NCBI RefSeq assembly: GCF_018977255.1
Contig: NW_024704766.1
Location: forward strand, 3,906,001 to 3,970,000
From: Callorhinchus milii
Taxonomy: Eukaryota
Length of the DNA: 64,000 bases
Direction: 5' to 3'
Part shown: positions 1-11,705 of the stretch, one piece after another
How positions within the stretch are numbered: the first letter of the stretch is position 1
Layout: the number at the start of each line of letters is the position of its first letter
Notes under the pieces: model-generated
The model's database searches: none
The model's input: only the letters and a program-made list of their open reading frames with translations
What the model was told of the DNA's origin: nothing
Made by a program: the position numbers and the translations under genes

Positions 1-332
1 CAAGCGATTTCAAACTGCTTTGGGACCAGGAATGATCCCACCTTCACCCACAAAATACACAATCTATCCACTTTGCAATATATTCTGTGAAGCACTTTGA
101 GATGTATCAACAACGTGATAAGGCGTTATATCAAAGGCCAAGGATTATTATTATTATTATTATTACTAAGTTGGCATCATCCACTTCACTGACCTGCTCA
201 GTGCTACAACAACAACATCAACAACTTGCATTTATATAGCACTCCTCACGCAGGCTTGCGTACCAGAGCGCTTGCATGGTTAGAAGAGGCAATGAAGCAG
301 AGGGCAAAACATTTCCCCCAAAGACAAGGAAA

Positions 333-368
333 GGGGTGGCGGGGGGGGGGGGAGAGAGAGAGAGAGAC
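333..368. repeat. G-run plus (GA)n microsatellite
   Basis: G run at 341-352 followed by (AG)n. Confidence 0.9.
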
Positions 369-679
369 ATCCCAATTGCTCCTCACATATCCCAGAGCAG
401 TTGAATCAGAACAGTTTCAGAGATCAGAGGTTGATCCCTTGGCCATGGCTTGTGTGTGGGATAAGGGGAACTGAGCAATAAATAAGAGATTTCAGGCTCA
501 GAAAAGAACAAATGTGTTTTAAATATCTTTAAGATGTTCTCATGACAGCGCGAACAATCTTGGCCAAACTCTGACCATTCATTTTCGATCTTTGAAGTGC
601 GTTCCCAAATTAACCCTTCTACCTCTGGGTTTGAATGGACAAACTGCCAGCAGGGCAGAAAGTTTCACTGGGTCAAGCT

Positions 680-1078
680 ACACAACAACAACAACAAAAT
701 TACATTTATAGAGCGCCTTTCACGTCAGGAGGATGTCCCAAAGCGCTGAACAGTCAGGTGTCGGGGCCCGAGCATGGGGGAGGGGTGGTGTAGGGGTGAG
801 GGAAGGCAGAGAGGTGGGAGGGAGACTATAGGCACGGTCAAAGAGAAAGGTCTTGAGTCTGACCTTGAAGGAGGCGAGGGAGGAAGCGAGGCGAAGGGAC
901 CATGTGTTGGAGTTCGAGAGGTTGGGGGCAGAGAGGCTGAAAGCCCGGCCACCGATGGTAGGGCGGGTCGGGCGGGAGACATGGAGCGGGCCGGAGCCCG
1001 CTGAATGGAGGGAGCGGGCAGGTTGGTAGGGAGTCAGCAGGTCAGAGAGGTAAGAGCGGGCAAGGCCATGGAGATCTT
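680..1078 (-). mobile_element. L2 LINE 3' end
   Basis: (CAA)n then gagcgcctttcacgtcaggaggatgtcccaaagcgctg; explains ORFs 725..982 and 774..1004. Confidence 0.9.
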
Positions 1079-2787
1079 GAATTTACTAACACGTTAGTGT
1101 TACTAAGAGCATTGGCTTCGACGTTGCTTGTACCCCTACCCTCCCCGCCCTCCACCCCTCCTGATCTCAACCACCAGCTCGGGAAGGGATCCCTGACTGT
1201 CCAGCGCCTTGGGATGTCCTCCTCACATGTAAGGTTCTCTACAAATATAATTTGTCGCTGTTGTAGGGTGTGCTGAATTGGCTTTAACTTTTAATGCATC
1301 AATTCTTGGCTCATTCCACTGGTTCACCTACAAAAAACACAGTCACTTTACAGTAAATCCTGTGAATTGCTTTGAGACGCACTCTTGACATTAAATACGC
1401 TATATCAAACGTAATGATTATATATCTTTTTCAAATCCAGATTAAACGAGAACGGAAAACACATGTTATAACAATTTGGCAATGCGACAAGTCTTATAGC
1501 ATTTTGCGGTAATTCCTGCTTTTGTACAAATTCAGAAGCCATTTTGCACGTAGCAAAGTCTGACAAACAGCCACGAGCCATCCAACCCACCTGGTGCATG
1601 GTTGGCAGGACAGTCGGAGAAACTCATACACAAATAATCTCACGGGATATTTAACATCAATCTGTACAACAGGCCTCAGGTTAACATCTTGTCTGAAGGA
1701 TGTCACCTCTGACAATGATTTATGCCCAAACACTGCACTGGAGTATCTAAATGGATTATGAACTCGAGCCCTTTCTGTTCCACTGACAACCGATCCAGTG
1801 AGAAGAGTCAAACTGAGCCCTCAATTTAATTACTACTTTACACATGAGATCCACACTCGGTCAAAATAGACACAACTGATGCTCCTCATTTTTTGAAAAT
1901 CACAGCCGATGAAGCTATTTCAATTCCCGAATACCCTGATGTCAGCTTATATTTATATAAAATATGCAGTCACTACGCTTTACAGTACGTCCTGTGAAGC
2001 CCTTTTGAGACGTCTCGAAGACGTGGGAAAGGCACTGGGTCAATTGCAAGGATTATTATTATTATGTTCAGAAGGCACGTTTCATTCAAATGTACAGTTA
2101 GGTCAGTCTGAGTGAAAGGGTTAAAAGGCTTTTGACCGTTTCACTCCACCCGCTTGTGAAACGCCTGCTTTTCAAGTTACTTTCTTGTAGTGCACGTCAT
2201 ATCTAGGGTTACAAAAAACAACCTGTTACCAATTAGCATTATTTGAGTTTGTGCTGCACTGCATCTATATATAAAAAAAACTGTCTTTTATTCCATGTAA
2301 GATTATCCTGTGACTTTTGGTCCGATTTGATTTAATGGAGCTTTTTCCCTGCAGCCTATCAAAATAGCACAGATTAAATACAGATCCTCTTACATAATCT
2401 GATGTGAAATACTGGCAGGGCTGGGACTGATTAAACCACATCTATGCAAGTGACTTGCTGTCAAATGAGCGGAGGGAGAGCGAGCGAGGGACACAGTTGC
2501 CCATATAACTGGTTTGGGCAGAAGCTTAATTGGTATAGCGTTAATTTAACTCGGCATTCTGTTCTACGATAATAATAAATCCTTGCATTTGATATAGCGC
2601 CTAATCACATCTTTGAGACGTCTCAGAGCGCTTCACAGAATATATGGTCGAGTGGAGTGACCTTGTGGGCGAAATGCAATGAATTTTCATCTTATTAAGA
2701 GTATTTCATTACTCTTTCTGCAATGACGTAAAGAGACGTGCTTTGGCCCACAGCACACAGCTTTCTGTAGCTTGTTCTGAGACCTAC

Positions 2788-2838
2788 TCCCCTCTCCCCT
2801 CCCTCCCTCCCTCCCTCCCTCCCTGCCTTCCCTCCCCC
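2788..2838. repeat. (CCCT)n polypyrimidine tract
   Basis: cccctccctccctccctccctccctccct. Confidence 0.9.
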
Positions 2839-3429
2839 AAAACCTGGCTGCTCAGTTGAAGATTGATCAGACTCAAATATCACACGTATAAGGGTATAAG
2901 AGATTAGAGTTATCTCCAGGGCCCCAGATTAGTTGTCAGAATAAAACGAGCTGCTTTTGATGTTTGTTATTTTGTTTGTTTGACTTGATAAAATGCTTCG
3001 AAGGGCTTCCTGTAATCGAGGCTGATTAATATAGCTCTCACTGTGTGCGCTTATAGGACACCTCTGGTTTGACACATGCTATCAAGCAGCAGTCAGATTG
3101 GGTCCAAGTTTTCCGCTGGTAATGCAGTGATTGGAAAACATTCGGGCTTGTTTCTGCCGGGTCAATTTTAGGATGTGGTCGTTTGATTTTCCTGGTGACA
3201 CTGCAGCCTTTGAACGATTCAGCCTGTGACTCTGGAGTACTTGTGTTTGAAAGCGTTGCTTATGAGTGGGAAGTGTTTACAACCAATTGAGTGGATAACG
3301 AAGGCCGCGTTTACACTTGTGGGACCCAAGGCAGCTTTGAGCTCAGCAACATAGTTATGTACGGCAGGAAACTAGGTCCACTCTGGCCACAATCCTGAGA
3401 CGTCTTTGAGGAATTTACCAACAGGAGAA

Positions 3430-3652
3430 GGCCATCCAATAGCCTTCCGGGGGTAATAATTCCTTCAAAAAAATAATGATGATAATTTGGTCACTCAATC
3501 CATGACTGTTGGTGGGACACCGCTGTGCTCAATTGGCTGTCGCGTTTCAAGATAGATAGTCAATTCACTTTACTGTATATCCTGTGAAGCGCTTTGAGAC
3601 GTCTCAAAGACATGATAAGGCGCTGTATCAAATGCAAGTATTATTATTGTTG
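3430..3652 (+). mobile_element. Same SINE, 3' part
   Basis: ggtcactcaatccatgactgtt...aagcgctttgagacgtctc...tattattatt. Confidence 0.85.
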
Positions 3653-4199
3653 TTTATTCAGCTTGTCAAGGCTGTTCCACCGTTATATTCGATCATGGTA
3701 GATCTTTCAATCCCATTGATTTGCTATTTGGTAAAATTTATGCACCTGGACCCCCAAACTCTTTTGTGCATTGACTCCCCTATAGTTTCCCCATTTCCAA
3801 TGTATTCCCATCCAACATCTTTATGTGTAAAGTGTTTGTATCTCATCATACGTGCCCTAGATTCCTTTGGGTCAGCAGTGGCTTTAGTTTATGGTGTACT
3901 TTTAAGAGTTAAGTAGTATGTTCTTTAAGGCGCTATATCAAACACATGCTCCTACGTTAATTTCGAAATTCCAGAAGGCTTTTCTTTGGCATCAACAAAT
4001 CTGCAGTAGCGCTGTCAAAACCTTAATTATACCTTGTTAACTGGTTATTTATGGACCGGCTTAACTTTATTCTGTGAATTCTGTGTCTTTTGTTCACTTT
4101 AAAACAAATGTCCTTTTATTGTTGTTAGATTTGGCACGAGCAATCTCGAAGCTCATTCTGGAAGAACCACACGTCAGTTTGGAAAGATTTTGAAATAAT

Positions 4200-5045
4200 A
4201 ATAATAATAAAATAATCCTTAGTGTTTGATGTGGGGCCTTTTACATCGGGAGGATGTCTCAAAGTGCTACACAGGAATTTCCAATAACAACAACAGCAAA
4301 TGTAGTGACTACTTAATTGTGAGTGAACGCAGCAGTGAATTTGCACAGCAATGTCCCACAATCAGCCATGACGTGAATGACCAATTTTACTTGGGGAATT
4401 GTTGACCAGACACCGGGAGAAACTCCTTTCCCTTTTCTGTCCACTGGCACCATTCCCACCCCTTAAAAACAGCCGTCATCATCCACACTCTCAAAAACCC
4501 TTCCTTCGACCCACCTCTGGTTTCTAACTACATTCTAAACGCCAAACTTCCTTTCCTTTCTAAGATCCTGGAACAAGTTGTTGTTTCCAAGCTTCGCTCC
4601 TTCCTCTCCTATCACTCCTCTACAAACCCCTCCAATCGGGTTTCCGTGCTGTTCGTGTCCTCTCCCGCATCAGGCTCTGTGACCCTATCACTCCCACCAT
4701 CGCCCGGCTCCACTGGCTCCCCATCCCTCAGAAGATAGAGCTCAAAATCCTCATCTTTGTCTTCAAAGTCCTCCACAGCCTTGCTCCTTCCTACCTCTGT
4801 GATCTGATAACCTCATAAACCTGTCCACTCCCTCCGTTCACCAGGCTCCAGCCTGCTTCATGTCCCCCGTCCAGCCCACCATTGGCAGTCGGGCCTTCAG
4901 CCTCTCTGTCCAGCGCCTTGGGACATCCTCCAGACGTGAAAATAATTACATAAATGCAATTTGTTGTTGTTTTCAAATAGTGACATGAGATCATCAACGT
5001 CCACCTCAAGAAGCAGACGGGATCTTGGCAAATGCCTTATCCAAA
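4200..5045 (-). mobile_element. Older Deu-SINE interrupted by the L2 at 4438-4970
   Basis: ccagacaccgggagaaactcc...ttttc | L2 | ttttcaaatagtgacatgagatc, with ttttc duplicated at the junctions. Confidence 0.7.
4438..4970 (+). mobile_element. Internally deleted L2 LINE
   Basis: Decayed RT start (KTAVII...SFDP...SNY...LPFLSKILEQVV...LQSGFR) joined directly to the C-terminal ARLHWLPIPQKIELKIL and the 3' tail. Confidence 0.85.
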
Positions 5046-6437
5046 ACGTACAGTTTATGATCTAAGTTTTCAAAGGAAAATAAGTTCAGCAAATGAAATA
5101 TAATCAATTTTCAGTTTTAAATGCAATCATGCATATAAACAGAATCTTTGTCTCTAATGTTATGGTCGCACCTTCTAAAGAAATAGCTGGGAGGCATCTA
5201 TTACAACATGATGGGCCTCAAGTCATCTTCAAGAACTACCTGTTCAATTTAGACACGGTACTTAACATAAAATGTACCTTTATGTGAAGTGGAATTTGTT
5301 TGAAGTTGTATTGATCATTGAATAACCTTGTTACAAATGTAATGTGGGCACTTCTCCAGTTTTTTATTATCGTCACGTGATTCAATCTGAAGCTGCCTTT
5401 TTACCATTTGGTACATTTTGTCTTTTTGAAAAAAATAACGTTATGAAAAAGCACGGAGAAATATCTACGTGCAGGCAGACACGCGCACATCCATAGCATA
5501 TACGCACTCCACCCTGCGTGTAAAGAGATCTCCTCTTGCACACACAAAGAGAAACAGTATGTTATAATAATAATAATTCTTGCACGTGACATAGCGCCTT
5601 ACGTCTTCGAGACGTCTCAAAGTGCTTCAAAGAATACACTGTAAAGTGAATTGACGGTGTATTTTACGGGCGAAATTGCAAGTGGAGTTGATTTACAATT
5701 GCGTAGAATGATACAACACAGGCAGAGAGCATTCTGCCCCACTAATGTGTTCATACCCCACAGGAGCCTCTTGCCCTCCTACTCTCCACTCCTGTAGCCC
5801 TCTATTCCCTTCTCCCTTATGTTTGCTTTACGTTCGCTGTTAAATACTGTCACAAAGTTGGTCTCCCTGAGCGTGGACAAATCCTATCCGCCTGGCTTGC
5901 ACAATTCTGGCACCTGCTCGATCAACATAAACTCGACAGAATTTAGTACCTTCTCAAAACTGCTATCGTACTATCTTGAAACAAAACCTTTAAATTAGAG
6001 GAAGTCCTTGTATTTATTTACAAGGAGGGGAAAGAGCAGTGGGAGCAGTTTCGCCAGGAAGGGGGTAAAAGGCCAACACATTGGAGTCATTTACAAAACA
6101 GCTGGACACGGGTTTGGGAACACAATAACGGTTGATTCTCTGGATGGGTGAAATCAAACTAAATGACAAAGGGTCTTTTTCGTCTGAAGCCCTCTTTTGA
6201 TATAGTCAATGGCATTTTGTCAACAGCTATTTCAAGTCATGGATCTTCCTGTTCCTTTCAAAGGCATATATATATATTGAGTTCCTTGTTTTATCAAGTC
6301 GACGGTGGCTGTCTCGCTCAGTTATTGGCTCTCTTGCCTCTAGGTCAGTAAGCTCTATGTTGGGAGTTTCAGTTCTCAATCCAGGCTGACATTCCAGTCC
6401 AGTGATGAAGCAGCTTTTCATTGTCGGAGATGTTGTC

Positions 6438-6660
6438 AACAACAACAACAGCAGCAAATTACATGCGTACAGCGCCTTTCAAGTCAAGAGGACGTCCCAA
6501 GGTGCTGGACAGTCAGCGATCTGCACTCGAGCTGGTGGTTGGAATCAGGAGGGGTGGAGGGCAGGGGGTAGGAAGGTGACCGAAGGCATGGTCGAAGAGG
6601 AGGCTCTTGAGAGGGGTCTTGAAGTAGACAAGGGAGGGTTGTGCGAGGCGGAGGGACTTC
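6438..6660 (-). mobile_element. L2 LINE 3' end nested in an older SINE
   Basis: (CAA)n tail and hairpin; older SINE sequence on both sides. Confidence 0.85.
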
Positions 6661-6874
6661 AAATAAGACAAGAAACAAAGATCCTGTCTACCAAAATCCA
6701 TTGAACATTGCAAGGAATGATTAGAAAAGTAGGTTTTACTATTACTTAAGGCATCTCCTGTATTTCTAAAGTAAAATGCCAACACCAGCTGTATCCTTTC
6801 ACTGTACTTTATCGGTGAGATAATTATTTTACATCTAACAGTCATACAGAATAGTTATTGGAATATGAATCTCC

Positions 6875-7102
6875 ATTGGCGGATTGCTTTCCGTGGGTAA
6901 TAAACCCTCCAAGATAATAATAGTAATAACGTTGTCACCCAATCCACGACTGTTTGTGGGACTCCGCTGTGCGCAATTGGCTGCCGCGTTTTGCCCACAA
7001 AATACACAGTCACTGCACTTTACAACGTATTCTGTGAAGCGCTTTGAGACGTCTCAAAGACGTGATAAGGCGCTATATCAAATGAAATGATTATTATTTA
7101 TT
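6875..7102 (+). mobile_element. Same SINE, 3' part
   Basis: caatccacgactgtttgtgggac...gcgctttgagacgtctcaaagacgtgataaggcgctatatcaaatg. Confidence 0.85.
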
Positions 7103-8129
7103 TTATATAACTTACAAATGTTTGGGCTGTAAAGCAAGCCCGTTTACACTGCTGGACTTTCACTGACTTGTATTTCACGAATCCATCTAAAAGCTTTTAT
7201 ACGGTGTCTACAACAACAACAACAAGATTCCATTTATAATCCCATTGAGCCAACCTTACAATACTAAAACACTATTGGTCTCTCTTGATACCATTACAGT
7301 CAAAGCACACATGTCTGTACACACTCAATATCTACATATAAATGCTGTGGTTAGAAACTTGAGCTTCCAAACCAAATTCTTTGGGGTTTTGTGGTTGGAC
7401 AGTGCTCCATCTATTTGCTTTAACCAGTCCTCTTTAAAAACTGACCGTTCTTTAAACCATAACCTATAAAGAAGATCCTGGATAGAGATACTTCTTTTAA
7501 GCCATTTTCTTTGAGCAAATATGACTTGATTTGATCCAAACTTGTCTTCATTTCAGATCCCAGCTAATAAGACTGGAAATTGGATACTCCAAATAGAACG
7601 TGAGTGAGTACACACAGATCGTTCATTGATTATTCTGTTATTTCAATATATAATTCCTACCATTATTAACCCAAAACCCTTTTTTAAGCTTTTGTTATGA
7701 ACTCCTTATATCGATGCACAACACGTTAACATGTCCATTGACTTCTGAAGTAAAGATCTGTTTATCTTTACCTTTAAAAGGTTGAGGCTGCATTGTTTGA
7801 TTGAAGAACTAATGTTGATGATGTCCATTGAAAACAATGTGATTAATTGGAAAGGGGGAGAAAAGCTTCTAACACGAGCACTGGCCTATCTATAATCTGA
7901 CGTCAAACTCTCCTGCACCTATATGAAGCTGAGGCAGCTTTGAAGTCAGGAATTTCAGAAATACCTCAATGTAAATGATGGTGAGGTCTCGGCACAAACA
8001 GTAGCAGACGTGAGAGCTATTTTTTGTCGCCTGGTTGTTTCTTAACTCCGCAGATGTTTTGAAATGTTTCGAACAGAGGCTTCTCCAAAGGCCAACTGAG
8101 TAAAGCCACTGCCTGGTGAAGGACTAGAC

Positions 8130-8400
8130 AATACAGACCCGACAGCGGCAAGTCCAAATCCTACTCTGCGTTGAGTTAGTTGTTCTCAGATACTTCAGCA
8201 GCTGAGACACGACACTTAGCTTCTGCATTCCTGTGTTAGGGAAAGAAAATCAGAGAAGATTTCTGCCCCTGATTGATATCCAGATGCCAATGCTTCAAGA
8301 TGGCTTGGGTGTGGATATCAGGAGAGGGCAGGATCGGGATGAACTGTGATGTCCTACTTGCAGTTGACTAGGCAGCCAGGGCTCTGTGTCAAGACTTTAC
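8130..8400 (+). mobile_element. LF-SINE-like ancient element
   Basis: tctgcgttgagttagttgttctcag...ttagggaaagaaaatcag...cctgattgatatccag...gtgtggatatcaggagagggcaggatcggg; related relics at about 26800-27060(+), 33860-34050(-) and 49000-49370(+). Confidence 0.55.
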
Positions 8401-9437
8401 GTTAGTCTTGACATTGTGTGTAAATAACAGAAATAACAGTGTAAATTCTCCCACAAAATATACAGTCAACTCGCTTTATAGTATATTCTCTGAAGCACTT
8501 TGAGGCGTCTCGAAGACATGATAAGGAACTATATCAAGTGCAAGAATTATTATTATTATTAATTTTATTAAATAACATAACACTGCTGGGGGCAATTGGC
8601 TGCCGTGTTTCTCACAAAATATACAGCCAATTCACTTGCAAGTCTCACCACTTGAAAAATCTCAGGGTTCTATTGCTATTTTCCTTCCTTTTCCAATGAA
8701 AACTAATACTAATGTTCCTTGCATTTGATATAGCGCCTTATCATGTCTTCGAGGTGTCTCAAAGCTCTTCACAGAATGTACTTAAAGTGGAGTGACTGTA
8801 TTTTGTGGGCGAAACGCGGCAGTCAATTGCCAATTACCAGTCTTCCCAAATGCAAACATTCTAAAGTTTAAAATCACCCTTTCCCCCTCGACAAATGGGT
8901 TTAACGTGTAACAGTAATATCCGGGGATCCAAGGGAACCATAGAGCCAGGAGGAGATGCTCTTCCCCAGCCCTCTTGCTACAAACTCCTTTTTTCAGCAT
9001 CCACTAAACTGATGCTATCTACCCAATATTACTTGCCACTCACATATGCAGGCAATTAACTTAAATGAAATAATTTCTCAATTATACTGCAGCACTAAAG
9101 CCATGCTCGTAAGAAGGCATTAAATAGGAAATATGTTGAGCGAGATGAATGATTTTTGACTTGGGTAGATTTACATTCTTTAACTTTTAATAATGGTTTC
9201 ACATTTCACTGGCAACACTTCATGGAATGTACTCTAAATGATGGGTATAAACACTCAGGTTCCTAACTTTACATTGTCTTCTCGTTATATCAATTGGAGG
9301 TGCTCCGTCAGTGGCAAGCGCTTTGGGACGCTATCCTGCTTGGGGGGGCGGTGGGGCGATATATAATGCAAGTAGTTGTTGTTGAGAAGGCATCCTAGAC
9401 GCCATCGATAATGTGCCATTGTCTAAAGGTAGGAGGT

Positions 9438-9646
9438 TGCCTTGCCCCCTTCCTTGCCTCCTTCAAGACCCGTCTCAAGTCCCTCCTCTTCGACCGTACC
9501 TTCGATCACCCGTCTACCCCTACCCTCCCCGCCCTCCACCCCTCCTGATCCCAACCACCAGCTCAGGTGCAGATCCCTGACTGTCCAGTGTCTTGGGACA
9601 TTGTCCTGACAAGAAGGCGCTGTACAAATGTAGTTTGTTGTTGTTG
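9438..9646 (+). mobile_element. L2 LINE 3' end
   Basis: ccttgcctccttcaagacccgtctcaag...(TTG)n. Confidence 0.85.
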
Positions 9647-10040
9647 CTTTCGCATATTGGGGTCTATAACACGTGGTTGCTACAAATGGACAGTCCTTGT
9701 ACCTTAGAATAAATCCTTAGCTTTTTATGATGTGATAAAGCACTAGATCAAATGCAAGGAATAATAATAATATTTGCATTTGATACAGTGCCTTATCACG
9801 CCTCAAAGCGCTTCACAGAATACACTGTAAAGTGAATTGACTGTATATTTTGTGGGCAAAAGGATTATTGTTATAAAGAGGTAAAAAATTATGTTGCATA
9901 GTGGGTTCATTGCAAGTATCAAATAACATGGAATGCTATTCTTTTGTAACTTTAGAGAATCTCTTCAATTTATTATTTAATTTGTTCTGTATTTTGAGGC
10001 TGCTGAGTTGATCACTACAAGGAGAAAGGTACCTTTCACT

Positions 10041-10322
10041 AATAATAATAATCCTTGATATAGCGTCTTATCACGTGAAATGCAGCAGCCAGTTGTGGAC
10101 TGAGTGACCGTATAATTGTTTTTTTTTAATTCTTTTTGAAGGGATTATTAGCCCTGGAAAAGTGATCTGCCAATCGACCAACAACCAGGTTCCTACTTAC
10201 TGCTGGGTAAACAGAAGCCCGTGGAGTAAGGAAACTTGCCCAACTTTTCGCCCTGCCAGGAATCAAACCCAGGTCCTCTCGTTTGTGAAGCGAGTGTCCT
10301 AATCACTGAGCTACAGGACTCC
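10041..10322 (-). mobile_element. Same SINE, head to tail with internal deletions
   Basis: Head ggagtcctgtagctcagtgattaggacactcgc, B box ggtttgattcc, (TTA)n tail. Confidence 0.85.
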
Positions 10323-11170
10323 ACTCTATCAGTCTGGGCTCGGCTGGAACCCAGATCCCAGTGGCTAACTCAGTGCTGGAGTCGATCAGACAACTTGAAT
10401 TAATGTGAAAGTTTTTCTTCACCATTCAATGCTGTATTTACATAACACGACTGCGTAAAGACGTGGGTTTTGTGATGTAGCTGAGGTTTAGCAGTGTTTC
10501 ACATTACAGCCACGATTCATAGTAACTTTAATAACGAGGGGAAAACAAACCAGCATTTTGCAACTGTTTCTGCTGTGGACTGGGAAGGAACCCAAGGATG
10601 GCTTATTGTTTTTGTTCCAGATACCAAAGGTGTTGGCCCAGCCCACCCTTTTCTGCCTCTACGGATGAGTCTTGGCAGCTTCGGAAGCAGAACCTCGAGT
10701 GCTTCATTTACTGATCGGAGCTGCCGCTGAAATGGTCTCTACCAGCATTAAACGCAGTCCAAGGATTTGTGTTATTGTGATCTGTCCGAGGTGTCACACA
10801 GGCACAGATAGCGAGCGTTTAGTGAGAAATACCATCAGACCACTTCACACCACGGCTGCCAAGTTTACAAAGCCATAAATTGCTCTTGCACGCTAGATAA
10901 ATGGCAGGGTGCAAGCCAATTTGTCTCTCAGGTGGATCCGGGCCATTTTTCCTAGTCTGTTCGGCAGTTGCAATACATGCAGCGCAACCACACATTGTCC
11001 ACTGACTTAAACATATTTTGCCCATTAAAACGGTTAGGCTGGTGCTTGTGCGGAATGAATAGAGAGGTAGGTGTTCCTCTGTAGAAACCTGCTGGTGTGA
11101 TTCTGGATCCATTCCACAATGGGGTAGGGGTGGTGGTGGGGGAAGAGAAGGGAAAGGGGCTATTTTATTC

Positions 11171-11244
11171 TGTTTCTGGCAGGCAGTGGACTGTTAGCTG
11201 ATGGATAGCCAGTGTCATGGTAACAGATGTTACTTATTAGTGAA
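11171..11244 (+). ncRNA. Candidate miR-34/miR-449-family pre-miRNA hairpin
   Basis: 5' arm AGGCAGTGGACTGTTAGCTGATG (from 11181) carries the GGCAGUG seed and the GUUAGCUG 3' block. 3' arm TGTCATGGTAACAGATGTTACTT pairs imperfectly with many G-U pairs. Confidence 0.3.
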
Positions 11245-11589
11245 TTAACTCCATCAGTCCTTGGTTCACGGGACAAAGGGATACGATGGACAAGTATTTG
11301 TTTCTATATTTCGGCTAAAACAAAAGCTTACCCATGACGGTTGTTAGCGGAGAGCACTTCGCGCATCGTTTGTCCATACATAAGTTGTGGAAGGTTTTGA
11401 GAGTTTGCTTATATCTTCTGTTGAGTGTATTTCAATGGATGGCCACCACCTCCTCCAATCAAAGGCAGGATTCTAACAGCCCTGTTGCTGTACCATGTAA
11501 CCTGACAACTGATATCAGATTTTATATCACCGCATGTTACAGAGCAAAATGGCAGGATGACTCATATGATCCAACCACATGCGGAGGAC

Positions 11590-11705
11590 AAGTTTGCAGG
11601 GCTATGGTGAGGGTGCGGGGGAGATTTGAATAGCTCTTCTCAAAAAGTCGGCACAGACACGATGGGCCGAATGGCCTCCTTCTGTGCTGTATAATTCTAT
11701 GATTC
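11590..11705 (+). mobile_element. CR1 (HER1/HE1-type) 3' tail
   Basis: gatgggccgaatggcctccttctgtgctgtataattctatgattc; related tails at about 30640(+), 34055(-), 38720(+), 42540(+) and 62230(+). Confidence 0.75.

Noticed and set aside
8100-8115. Other GGCAGTG seed matches (also about 18101, 37659, 49815)
   Set aside because: No GTTAGCTG block or hairpin, so there is no evidence for a miRNA cluster.
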